Shown here one piece after another: positions 39,235-50,534 of a stretch of DNA of 64,000 bases. Origin of the DNA: Felis catus (lineage: Eukaryota); contig NC_058368.1 of assembly GCF_018350175.1 (NCBI RefSeq), forward strand, positions 200,014,001-200,078,000. The letters run 5' to 3'. The translations under genes were made by a program, and so were the position numbers. The notes under the pieces are model-generated. The model ran no database searches and was not told the origin of the DNA. It was given only the letters and a program-made list of their open reading frames with translations. Within the stretch, counting starts at the first letter, position 1, and each line of letters starts with the position of its first letter.

Positions 39235-39715
39235 ACCCAAGATAACGGAAAACATATATTCACAGAAAAACCTGTACATAAATGTTCACAGTAGCACTGT
39301 CAGAATAATCAAACAGTGGAAACAACTCATATGCCCACCAATTGATAAATGGATAAATAAAATGTGATATATCCATACATGGGGATATTATTCAGCCATA
39401 AAAAAGAATAAACTACTAACACATGATTCAACATGAATGAATCTCAAGAACACTCCAGTTGAGAGAATCTAGACACAAAAGGCCACATGTTGTGTGTGAC
39501 TCCGTTTATATTGAGATGTCTGGAATAGACAAATACATAAAGAAAGAAAGTAGATTAGTAGTTGCCAGGACCTGGAGGGACAGAAGAATCAGAAATGACT
39601 GCTAACCTAAGGAGATTTTTTTTAGGGTGCTGAAACATTCTAAAACTAGATAGTATTGATGGTTTCACAACTCTGTGAATATATTAGAAGCCACTAGAAT
39701 TGTGTACTTAAAAAA

Positions 39716-39929
39716 ATTTTTTTTTCCAACGTTTATTTATTTTTGGGACAGAGAGAGACAGAGCATGAACGGGGGAGGGGCAGAGAGAGAGGGAGACACA
39801 GAATCAGAAACAGGCTCCAGGCTCTGAGCCATCAGCCCAGAGCCTGACGCAGGGCTCGAACTCACGGACCGCGAGATCGTGACCTGGCTGAGGTCGGACG
39901 CTTAACTGACTGCGCCACCCAGGCGCCCC
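39716..39929 (-). mobile_element. Young Can-SINE inside old L1
   Basis: TSD tagaattgtgtactt; diagnostic young-subfamily sequence. Confidence 0.95.
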
Positions 39930-39987
39930 TAGAATTGTGTACTTTAAAAGGGTGAATTTTATGTTAATGTAATAAAGGTATTATTTA

Positions 39988-40469
39988 TTTTTTTTATTTT
40001 TTTTTCAGGTTTCAGTTTATTTATTTATTTTTTTTATATATGAAATTTATTGACAAATTGGTTTCCATACAACACCCAGTGCTCATCCCAAAAGGTGCCC
40101 TCCTCAATACCCATCACCCACCCTCTCCTCCCTCCCACCCCCCATCAACCCTCAGTTTGTTCTCAGTTTTTAACAGTCTCTTATGCTTTGGCTCTCTCCC
40201 ACTCTAACCTCTTTTTTTTTTTTCCTTCCCCTCCCCCATGGGTTCCTGTTAAGTTTCTCAGGAACCACATAAGAGTGAAACCATATGGTATCTGTCTTTC
40301 TCTGTATGGCTTATTTCACTTAGCATCACACTCTCCAGTTCCATCCACGTTGCTACAAAAGGCCATATTTCATTTTTTCTCATTGCCACGTAGTATTCCA
40401 TTGTGTATATAAACCACAATTTATTTATCCATTCATCAGTTGATGGACATTTAGGCTCTTTCCATAATT
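39988..40469 (-). mobile_element. Feline L1 3' end (5'-truncated)
   Basis: T-rich tail, aaattggtttccatacaacacccagtgctcatccc, ccattcatcagttgatggacatttaggc; TSD ggtattattta (39977-39987, 40470-40480). Confidence 0.9.
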
Positions 40470-41441
40470 GGTATTATTTAAAAAACAATACCGTGCTAAT
40501 AAACAACAGGAGATAAGTTGAGATCAAGAAGCCTAGTCTACATGCACAGAAGCAGAATTAATGAAGAGTAGTTTCATTTTTAACTTTTGGTAAAAATCGA
40601 TTAGTCTATGTATCTACTTTGGAGTATAAGGAATAATCAGTGACTCACAATCACTGCTTGTTATGCTTTCGGGTAGTGTATAGAGATTTTACAGTAGAAT
40701 ATCTTGATTGTAAATTGTAGTCTCAAATATTCTGCAGCAATTTTTTGACAATGCGTGTAGATGCGGGACAAATGAAAAATAATATGTTCTTTCTCAATTC
40801 TCAACTTGTTACATGTCAAAGTTCTAGAAAGCAACATAAAGTACAATGTTGACAATGATTATAAACAGAAAAAACAAACTGCCAGCTTCTTCAAAATAAA
40901 TACTGTTTAAATGTCAGTAGCTGGTTTACTATTTGTTGAAGTACTGATTCAATAATGTCTACTAATGAGAACAATGTGTTAAGCAATATAAAATTCACCA
41001 AGATTATCTCTGTTTTTTGCAAAGTGTTAAGGCATTTGCATGAAGTAGAAGAGAAAACAGAGTGCAGAGTATATTTATTCAGTGGGAAAGATCTCTAGAT
41101 ATCAACATGAGACCATGGGGAAGATGAGCATTGCAGAGATTCTCTGTTTGCTCTCAGCCCTGTCATTGAATCCATGCTCATAACTCTTCTAATAAAGTTA
41201 GATGTCCTAAAATTGAAAACAGGAAGAAATACTAGAAATAAAATCCCAACAAGTAAGCAACTTCCAGTGATCTCTAATGAACTCCTGTTGCTTATTTTAA
41301 AAATTATTCCAACTCTTATTTATAAAACATAAGATGGAATTCAAAGTTGACAAAATGAAATAGAAGAGACTTGAACTGACTCTGTATTCTACTGGGGTTT
41401 TAAGGGATTTCTTACAATGGTTTTTAAAAAAAGGAAGCCTT

Positions 41442-41657
41442 GGGGCGCCTGGGTGGCGCAGTCGGTTAAGCGTCCGACTTCAGCCAGGTCACGATCTCGC
41501 GGTCCGTGAGCTCGAGCCCCGCGTCGGGCTCTGGGCTGATGGCTCAGAGCCTGGAGCCTGTTTCCGATTCTGTGTCTCCCTCTCTCTCTGACCCTCCCCC
41601 GTTCATGCTCTGTCTCTCTCTGTCCCAAAAATAAATAAACGTTGAAAAAAAAAATTT
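41442..41657 (+). mobile_element. Young Can-SINE
   Basis: Perfect TSD aaaaaaaggaagcctt; CpGs retained. Confidence 0.95.
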
Positions 41658-41792
41658 AAAAAAAGGAAGCCTTTTTTTTTTTTACTGTTTTCACGTCAAA
41701 AACTAATCAAGTCAGTAAATTAAGCAAGTCTAGTTATAGCCTAACATTTAAAACACATGCACGACTGTGAATGTACATGTAAGCACACACAT

Positions 41793-41795
<3 letters not shown>

Positions 41796-41829
<34 letters not shown>
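41796..41829. repeat. (CA)n microsatellite
   Basis: Directly visible. Confidence 0.95.
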
Positions 41830-41833
<4 letters not shown>

Positions 41834-42807
41834 TACATTCTAGAAAATCCTTCACAATAGGACACTGGTCTATGCAGAAACACTAGCTAAAGTTAAGAAT
41901 GCTCAACTACTTAGTTATATGTGGCTCTTTGCAGTATTTTATCCTTTTGCTTCCTTTATTGACTTTACGTTATAGCCTTATAAGCATCTGAGCCATATTA
42001 TCATCATTCGCCATTGGTTTTAAAACTTTAATCTCTTTCTCAATTTAAGGATCCATCCATCATAACCATTCACAGAAAAGATCTTACATGTTAGCTAAAT
42101 TATTATTGAGAATTGTTCCATTTATTATTATAATTTGTTTTCACAATGTCCCCATTAGGAAGGCTGGGTAGGTATCTATAATTTACTTTAGTTTTCAGAA
42201 ATCCAGAGCCATACAATAAATGGAATCGCCAAAACTTAAACCTGACCCTGGAGGTTTTGTTTTTTTATTTTTAAATTCTGTGTATCCACAATCTGGGAAC
42301 ATTTTAAAAAGAATTTTTTAGAGAATTTACTTTATGTTAAACTGGTATTTTGATTCTTGTCTGTTTGCAGTAAATACACACAAAATATTTGAATAAATCT
42401 CTAGGACACATCTGTTTCCTGTTCATTGTGCACATCATGTTATAAGCTTTTGGAATGAAAAGTGGCATTTAAAAACCGCAAGAAATGACAATAGCAGCAG
42501 TGATGATGTTTTTCGGCCCTTACTGATAATGTGGGAACTGATTATTTATCTCAAAAAGCTTTTTATAAAATAAAGCAAACTATGGAACATATTCAGTTAG
42601 AAAATAAACCTTGAAATGATAAACCTTGAAAGCAATAGTGATAAAGAAGAGTTTCAACAAACATTTCTGTGATTTTTTAAACATGCTAATGTTTCTTAAA
42701 TACTTGCTCAGGTTGTTTCATTAATTTTATAATGCTGTCACAAGTTGATGCCTGTGTGGAATAGGTATTATTCTTTTAGGTAACACAGGTGGTTGACGCA
42801 CCAGAGC

Positions 42808-43040
42808 ATTTTTTTTTAATTTTTTTTCAACGTTTATTTATTTTTTGGGGGGACAGAGAGAGACAGAGCATGAACGGGGGAGGGGCAGAGAGAGAGAGAG
42901 AGAGAGACACAGAATCGGAAACAGGCTCCAGGCTCTGAGCCATCAGCCCAGAGCCTGACGCGGGGCTCGAACTCACGGACCGCGAGATCGTGACCTGGCT
43001 GAAGTCGGAAGCTTAACCGACTGCGCCACCCAGGCGCCCC
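42808..43040 (-). mobile_element. Young Can-SINE
   Basis: Reverse body, same diagnostic subfamily as the 41442 copy. Confidence 0.95.
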
Positions 43041-43499
43041 ATTTTTTTAAACTCTAAATAGGTACACAGCTTTTAAATAGTCCTATTTTGGGCAGGCTAC
43101 TAACTTTGATTTGGAAGAGAATTTATTTGAGCTTGCTTTTGGTCTCAATTTTCTAAATTAATAAATCTTAGTTTAGACCTTAAAGATATAAGTGATTTGA
43201 GAATTAAAATTTCTTTGATGAGAAAACATGTCTAACTTTACCTTATTTGAAGTAGGATCTATTTGTTATTTAAATATACATTGAATATCAGTAACTAAAA
43301 AAATTGTACTAAAGCAAAAAAGAAATTGCCTCTCTCTCCTTTCCTTTCCCTTAATTCCATTTCTTACCTCCTTTAAGGGAAGGTTTCTGCAGTCTGGTTC
43401 ATATCTATAGAAATCAAGGGTCCCTCACTAGGAATGAGGCCTCTCTGGTCACATACAAAAATATATGTCTGTCTGTTTGTATATATGTGTGTATTTGTC

Positions 43500-44000
43500 T
43501 CCCACTCTGTCAGCCATGACCCAGCAGATAACAGAAGTTATAGCCAGCTGGGGGTTTGAACACAGTTCACCAGAGGGGCTGTTTACAGAGATGTAGTTAG
43601 GGCTAGGGGAACCAGCAAGGCATGTGGGGTCAGGAACTATTCCCGCCCCTAGGCCTCTAGGTATAAGGGAAAGAGATGGCATTACTAGGAGATGGCATTT
43701 CCAAAAGTCTTGGAAGGGAGTGGGTGTCCAATAAAAGCTGTCCTTGTAGAAGGAGGCAGCCTGTGGTGTGGAGTAGGGATGTGGATAGAACCTAGGGTGA
43801 GAAGGAGCCAGGAGGGGCACCAGGAAACATCTAGCTTGTCCCTTCTGCTCTCTCCAACATCCTGCCTGAGGCTAATCCTCCAGAAGACAAGGGGACATGG
43901 TTGGTGCCATCCATAGGGGTCAGTCTCCCCTGGGACACACAGCAAAGTGGAAAAGGGCAAAGAATGGATGGGGGTGGGTAGCAAATGGAGAATAACCAAA
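43500..44000 (-). mobile_element. Ancient MaLR (MLT1-type) LTR fragment
   Basis: ccataggggtcagtctcccctgggacacacagcaaagtgg...gaatggat...caaatggagaataacc resembles old MLT1 LTRs in reverse. Confidence 0.45.
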
Positions 44001-46985
44001 CCCCCATCTTCAGTGTGTCATTCTCTTAGTCTGGCTGCCTAACTTGCTAGGTGAGTCGACCTCTCACATCTTTGTATTCTTACTTAAGTGAGAATTTCTT
44101 CCCCAAAGGCTGGGACAATGCATTATCTATGGGGCCACCTGACAAAAGCAGGCAAGGCCTCCCTCTCCCCCTGCTCTCAAGCCCTAGGCTCCAAATTATT
44201 GGTGGTGGTGCTTTGGGGTGATGAATTTTCTAATAGGTCTCCCTAATTTCAGGCTTCCCATGTCCCAGACTTAATTTATGAGGATGATTCAAAGTCAGAA
44301 CCATGATCTTGAGGTAGAGTTACTGGGGGGTTCTTATACAGAGTTTGATTTGCTCTGATGTGCTACAGCTCTTTCAGGCAACTTCATTTAGATCAGGACT
44401 TTGATGATCATATTGGCACATACCTTGAGACTGATAGTTCCTCAGAGGTTCCCAGGGACTCTGGTTGTGCTCAAAGCACCAGTAAGCATATTACACTTGG
44501 ATGAAAGTGTATAGACCAGAAGGCCCTTGTCTAAAACTCTGAAATATATTTCTATAAAATAAAAATGTTTTGAAACCAAATTCAATATTCAGTTTTGTTT
44601 AACACTGAAGTTCAGACCATATACACTCTTCAATATGGTGAAAAAAATATATTTGAAATCAACTTTCCTGTATTACATTTCTGGGCAGCTCTGGTTCTCA
44701 TTTTAGGAAAGAAAACTTCTTGCCAAAAGGCACTGGAATCACCCTTAAAATGCATCTGTTTGGTATCATGTAAACATGAAATAATATGAAGATAATTAAA
44801 CATTATTAGTGAATCTTATTTTCCCATGTTTAAAGGTTTTTGAAATTCACTTCTTTAGGAGGTCAGGGAGAATATTGCGGCCAACACAAGGAATTAACTG
44901 ATACATTCTACTGAATGACACCATTAACCTAATGAGACTCTAGAAGAATTAAATAGTTTCAAAATATGAAGACAATTATGACCAGTGCTATGATTGCTAT
45001 TACTACAAAATATCCTTCTGTAGTCTTCTCCTTATATCAAAAATATAATGAAAAAGTTGGAGAGGGAAATACAATAAGAGAATGCTTCAAAAGAAAATTT
45101 GAAACTTAGAAATAAAGGAAATAAGGATATTAGATTGTTCTGCTATTGAATGAACCACCCTTGAGATTTTGCTACTTGATGGATTAGTGTACCAAAAATA
45201 ATCTTGTCTGTTCAAGATATACACAGGGAAGGATCACAGAATCTCTGCAGAAAGTCTCTTGTCTTTAAATTTAGATTTTTGTTGGTTCATTTATCAACAC
45301 AAACTGTGACACCTTCTTTTAAGTGCTGAAGCAGGGACAGGGTTGGGGGAAATAGAGACTAAGAGTGGGGACATGTTAGGAGGAGATCTGGTTGGTTAGC
45401 AGACAAATCAAGGGAAGTGAGAGAGATCAGTGCTACCTAACAGCCTCACAACCTGCTATCTCATAACATAAGATAATGGAGAAAACAATGAGTACGTTTT
45501 CTAAGCATCTGAACAAGTGGGGTTATGAAATATTCACATGCAGGAATAGTTATCTGAGGCTACTGATTCAATTGTGCAAAATCTGGGGGTAGGCAAGGAG
45601 AATACAGATCTGTGCTTTTGATGAGGCTAATAAAAAGCTACATTACCAATAGAAGAACACAGAGCAAGTCAGAGGGTCGGGGCAGAAGTCTTCTAGTGAC
45701 AGAGAGAAGCTGGTGGTAGAAGGGTGTCTTTGTTTAAATTTAGCTTGCAACTATAATTTTAAACTGATTATATATCTCAAAAATTCCTTTAAATCTGCCT
45801 ATCAGTAGGATCTGCCACATCTGTTAAAAAATATTTATTATTCAGGAACTTACAAGAAGTCTTCAGAATTTAGCAGAGTATATGGGAAGCTTGTGCTTTA
45901 ATTTCTTGACTTAGTGGTTTAATAAATATTTATGAAGCACCTACTATATGAAAAGCATTATAAGCCACCATAAAAATATTTGTCACTTAATATCAATTTT
46001 TTTCTCTAGTATAGAACCTTTAGTTGAATAAGTCTTTTATGCTATGTGTGTATGTGCTAAGTGTGTATGTGTTTTAGATTTTTTGTTATATAAAAATGGA
46101 AAGACTTATCAATGTGTTTTATAAAGATAACTTTTCTAGAAAAAAGTTATGACCTGCTGAAAAAATTTTGGACAGCCACACATTAACGCAAAAAGTCAGC
46201 CTTGTAAACAAGGATTTCTGGAAGTTTGATTTACAAGGTCCTCCACCCATTTTCCTGTCACACAGGATATAATGGCTTTTGTTGAAGTGTAGCGTGACAC
46301 TAAACTGGCAGTCACCAAATGCACTGCTTATTATTTAGATCACTCTATGGAGCCACATTTACAGGAAATCAAATAGCTTTTAATAGATATACTGTATTTA
46401 TGTCAAATAATAAAATTAAGGTTTTTATAAACTATTCAGGCATGGAGATTAATATTTCATATATGCCAAGGATAATTTTATTTTTAAAAAATTCTGTATT
46501 CATAGTCTATAGGTGCATAGTTAGTTACCTTCTATGAATCAGAATTCAGACCCATGATCCTTCTTCGTTTAACCATTGCCTCCTAACAAGTTCCGCTAGA
46601 ATGAACTGTCAGTTATTAGTGGACATTCTTCCGGGTGCTGATGACTTATTGGGAGTACAATAGTACATTTTAACCTAATAGCTTACCAAAGTCACATTTT
46701 GCTGTTATTTTATTGAATTTTATATTTGGTACCAATATTTTATATGCTGCTTATGGATATGTCTGCTGTATTCCATGTTATGATGGAGTTTTGTTTTTTG
46801 GACCATAAGTTACTAAAAGTGATTAATCATATCTATCTTCCTGGTTTTTTTTTTTTTTTGACTGAGTCCACAATTGTAGGGCAAGTTTGATTACAGATTG
46901 AAGATTATTTAACTTTATGTGCTATATTCATTGAATACTATTCTATTCAATGACTGCTGCTCTCAGGTAGGAAGTCTTGTACACA

Positions 46986-47280
46986 TATTCATTCATTCAT
47001 TCATTCATTCATCCATTCATTTAATTTTCAGAATTTTTTGAGCACCTAGTATAACCCAAGTAATTTTTTAGGAAGTAAATAAAAAAGATACAGTCCCCGC
47101 ATTCAGGAAGCTTATCATTTGTTGGAAGGAGATAAACAATAAGCAATAAATATATAAGTGAGAAAACATGTCACATAGGAATAAATATTACACAGATAAT
47201 TATAATACAGTGGCTGGTGGCTACTTTCATTGACAGAACAGACCTGAGAAAATGACATTTAATGTGTCTTTTGAATGAAG
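46986..47280 (-). mobile_element. L2 3' end with (ATTC)n
   Basis: attcattcattc...gagcacctag...cagtccccgcattcaggaagctta. Confidence 0.65.
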
Positions 47281-48024
47281 ACAACTTTGTGAAGTTCACA
47301 TAGGTATCATCTAAGTTTATATGACAAGCAAAGATAAAAGAAAACTTAAACAAAATCTTCTTGTGCCACAAAATTTTCCTTACTCATTACTGCATGAATA
47401 TACACACCTTTGGTCAAGAGACTGGTCAGTGTGTGTAGATATGGAACAAAAGTGGTATTGGGAAAATACATCCAGGAGTAAGTTGCATTGAATGGGGGTT
47501 ATTTGCAGAGTTGGATATAAAGAATGAACCATGCATGGCATGAATACATTGAGGCTGTAGAAAGAAGGAGAACTTGAGAACAACATGAAAATTAAACAGC
47601 AATTCCCTTTTATTTCCCATGTGTCTACCCACTGGGCCTAGAGATGTAGAGGATTAGCAAAAGGATGCCCTGACTGAGTAGCATGGGCTATTTGTGTAGG
47701 GATAGGAAGGGACTGCTTAGAGATTCAAGTCATTTGTATCCATGTTTAGTAACAACATTTTATTTAGAATCAGAATTCAGAATTCTACATTATAAAAAAG
47801 GACCTTTAAAAGATCACATTAAGTATGTGTATCTATGAGTTAAACAATCTTTAAACCACAAGAATAGTAACAATTTAGTTATCTACATTCCCACGCTCTT
47901 TTTTTGGGCGGAGGCAGGGGGAAGTATTAGTACTGATATGAAAATACCAGTTTTTCTTTCAAACTGTGACTTCTCTATCTTTTGTACTAGTCTAAATGTG
48001 GAGCCCCAAGCATATTAGGAAGCA

Positions 48025-48057
<33 letters not shown>

Positions 48058-50055
48058 TCTCAGAGTCAAGTCTAAATGGCTCTCTGTAACTGTAAAAAAA
48101 TAAAAATAAAAATGTGTAAACAAATTTGGTCATTAAATGGAATGCCTGAGACTCAAGTAAGAAAATCCATGAACTGATTCATTTCCAATTTCTTGTTTGT
48201 GGTACATAAACTGAAGTTGCAAAAAAAGTAACCGGGTAAAGCTGGGTTGTGCTCAAGAGTTCAGCATCATGCCAGGCAGAATTCAAAACACTAATGTGAA
48301 GTGTCCAGAAAAAAACCCAAAACATGTCTGGCCTTTAGAAATGGAATGTGGAATTCATTTATTAATTTTGATAATGTGTTGGTTCAATTTAAAATGTCTG
48401 TTTATGATAATTACCTTTAATCTAGCCTTCCCTAGAAGGAAGAGGAAAGGGAAAGACATTGCATTATGCTGAGCAGAAAACAAAAATCTTGTGATAATCC
48501 ATTATAAAACTGTGCTACATCCAGAGTGACAGGTAGTAAAGCAGCTTTATGTGCTGTTATTGAATGTATCATGTTTTGTTGTTTAAATCACCAATATTTT
48601 TTCAGGGACTGTTTAATAACCTTTATTGTGCCCCTCATGAAAAAAGAAATCTATGCAAATTAAAAAATAAATACATATTATTATAAAAATTAGACAGTAA
48701 GTAAATAACCATGCAAATTAAGCAATAATAAAAATAAAATAATACATAGTCTTGCCATTAAGTGATAACTTGTTGGTAACGTTTAGAACCCTTAAAACTG
48801 ATTCTGATGTACATGTGCATATGCAGATATTGATAAAACTATGATCATGCTATGCATACCATATTCTTATAATCTATTTTTCCTTATGTAATTTCACTGT
48901 ATAATCTATTTTTCCTTATGAACATATTTCACACCCTTGAATATATACTGACATCATCAGTTTTAATATGACATTGCGTGAAATGAAATACACATCATTT
49001 TCCATTAGTCACCTAAGTGACTTCTGTTATTAAAACCAGTGTTCTAATGGACCTAATCAGGGGTAAGCAGTGCAATAAGACATACATGATGCACACTTAA
49101 CCCAGTCCAGGAGTTTGGTGAAAACTTCTCAGAAGCTTAAACCTCTAAGCCGACACAAAAAGCTGAGATCTGAGAAACCCATTTGTAAATGATGAAGAAA
49201 GATATACCCTAGGTTGAAGATCCTTTCTCTTTATTCTTAATATTCTTTAATCATTAATTTAGTAGAATGTTCTTTAAATGCCTTCTTGCTCTCACTGACT
49301 TTCAGAATTCAGAAAGAAGTTATTTTACTCTTTTCTCTCTCCCCCTCTCTCTGCCATATATATAGTTATTTGTATAGGTACAATAAAAATGGTCTTCCTT
49401 CTCTCAGGATATAACTGAACAAACCGATTTTGTAACCAAATTACTTGCATTTCCTGGAGCCCCATATATGAGAATAGTCTCATTTAATAAGGCACAGAAA
49501 GTTCATAATTAATGAATAAGGATTATACTTTATATGTGGAATCAATGTCTAAACCCTACCAGGAAACCGGTCAGGTATCTGTTGTATGGCTGATAAAGCC
49601 TTTGAGGTGATAAATGAGGTTACTTCCTGTCAGCCTAGGAACCCTGCAGATTTGAGATATCTTGAAAACAGACAAGTCAAATCTACATTTGCCTCATCTT
49701 TGCTCTTTAGAATCTTAAAGTCCATTCCCAAGTCATCTTCTAAATAGAAGTGACTGTGCGTTAGCAGAATTATAAACTATGCCCCTGAGCTGGGCCCAGT
49801 GGTTAGGAGAACCCAAGCGATAGCAAACACCAAAAGATAAAATAGTAAAAATACTCACAAGATGAAAATTAAACATTTTGTTTTAATCTAGAGACAGGAA
49901 AAGTAGTAAAAGATTAAGTTAAGGATGCAACATAGAAGATACATTTCTACATTATAACACAGATGTGGAGAAGGCCCATGTCATGAGCCAGAGAAAATAC
50001 AGGGATCAGAATTTCTAGATCACACATAGCAATATACAGCTGAGCTGGTTTAAAA

Positions 50056-50509
50056 ATTTTTTTTAATATTTATTTGAGAGAGGGGCGCCTGGGTGGCGCA
50101 GTCGGTTAAGCGTCCCGACTTCAGCCAGGTCACGATCTCGCGGTCTGGGAGTTCGAGCCCCGCGTCGGGCTCTGGGCTGATGGCTCAGAGCCTGGAGCCT
50201 GTTTCCGATTCTGTGTCTCCCTCTCTCTCTGCCCCTCGCCCGTTCATGCTCTGTCTCTCTCTGTCCCAAAAATAAATAAACGTTGAAAAAAAAATTAAAA
50301 AAAAATTTATTTGAGAGAGAGAGAAATGAGACAGAGCATGCACAAGTCGGGGAGGGGCAGAGAGAGTGGGAGAGAGAGAGAATCCCAAGCAGGCTCCACA
50401 CTGTCAGTGAAGAGCCCAACGTGGGGCCTGAACCCATGAACTGTGAGATCATGATCTGAGCTGAAATCAAGAGTCAGATGCTTAACTGACTGAGCCACCC
50501 AGGTGCCCC
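50056..50509 (-). mobile_element. Older Can-SINE interrupted near its tail by a young SINE
   Basis: Tail at 50056-50081 and body at 50305-50509; outer TSD-like cag(c/t)tgagct(g/t)gttt. Confidence 0.88.
50082..50304 (+). mobile_element. Young Can-SINE nested in an older SINE
   Basis: TSD atttatttgagaga at 50068-50081 and 50305-50318. Confidence 0.95.
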
Positions 50510-50534
50510 ACAGTTGAGCTTGTTTTAAAATAGT

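Larger units (their letters stand above)
36930..39980 (+). mobile_element. Old L1 (L1M-class) fragments: ORF1-like part, ORF2 C-terminus and 3' UTR, interrupted by SINEs
   Basis: agagatctgtgggacaccatcaag (ORF1-like), aaagaaaaaatagataaactggatcttatcaa (ORF2-like), aaagtagattagtagttgccagg and tgtactttaaaagggtgaattttatg (3' UTR-like). Confidence 0.8.

Noticed and set aside
48869..48920. 20-bp direct repeat ataatctatttttccttatg with a 12-bp spacer (similar small duplications at 33877 and 57368)
   Set aside because: Two-copy micro-duplications typical of slippage or repair; not a CRISPR-like array.
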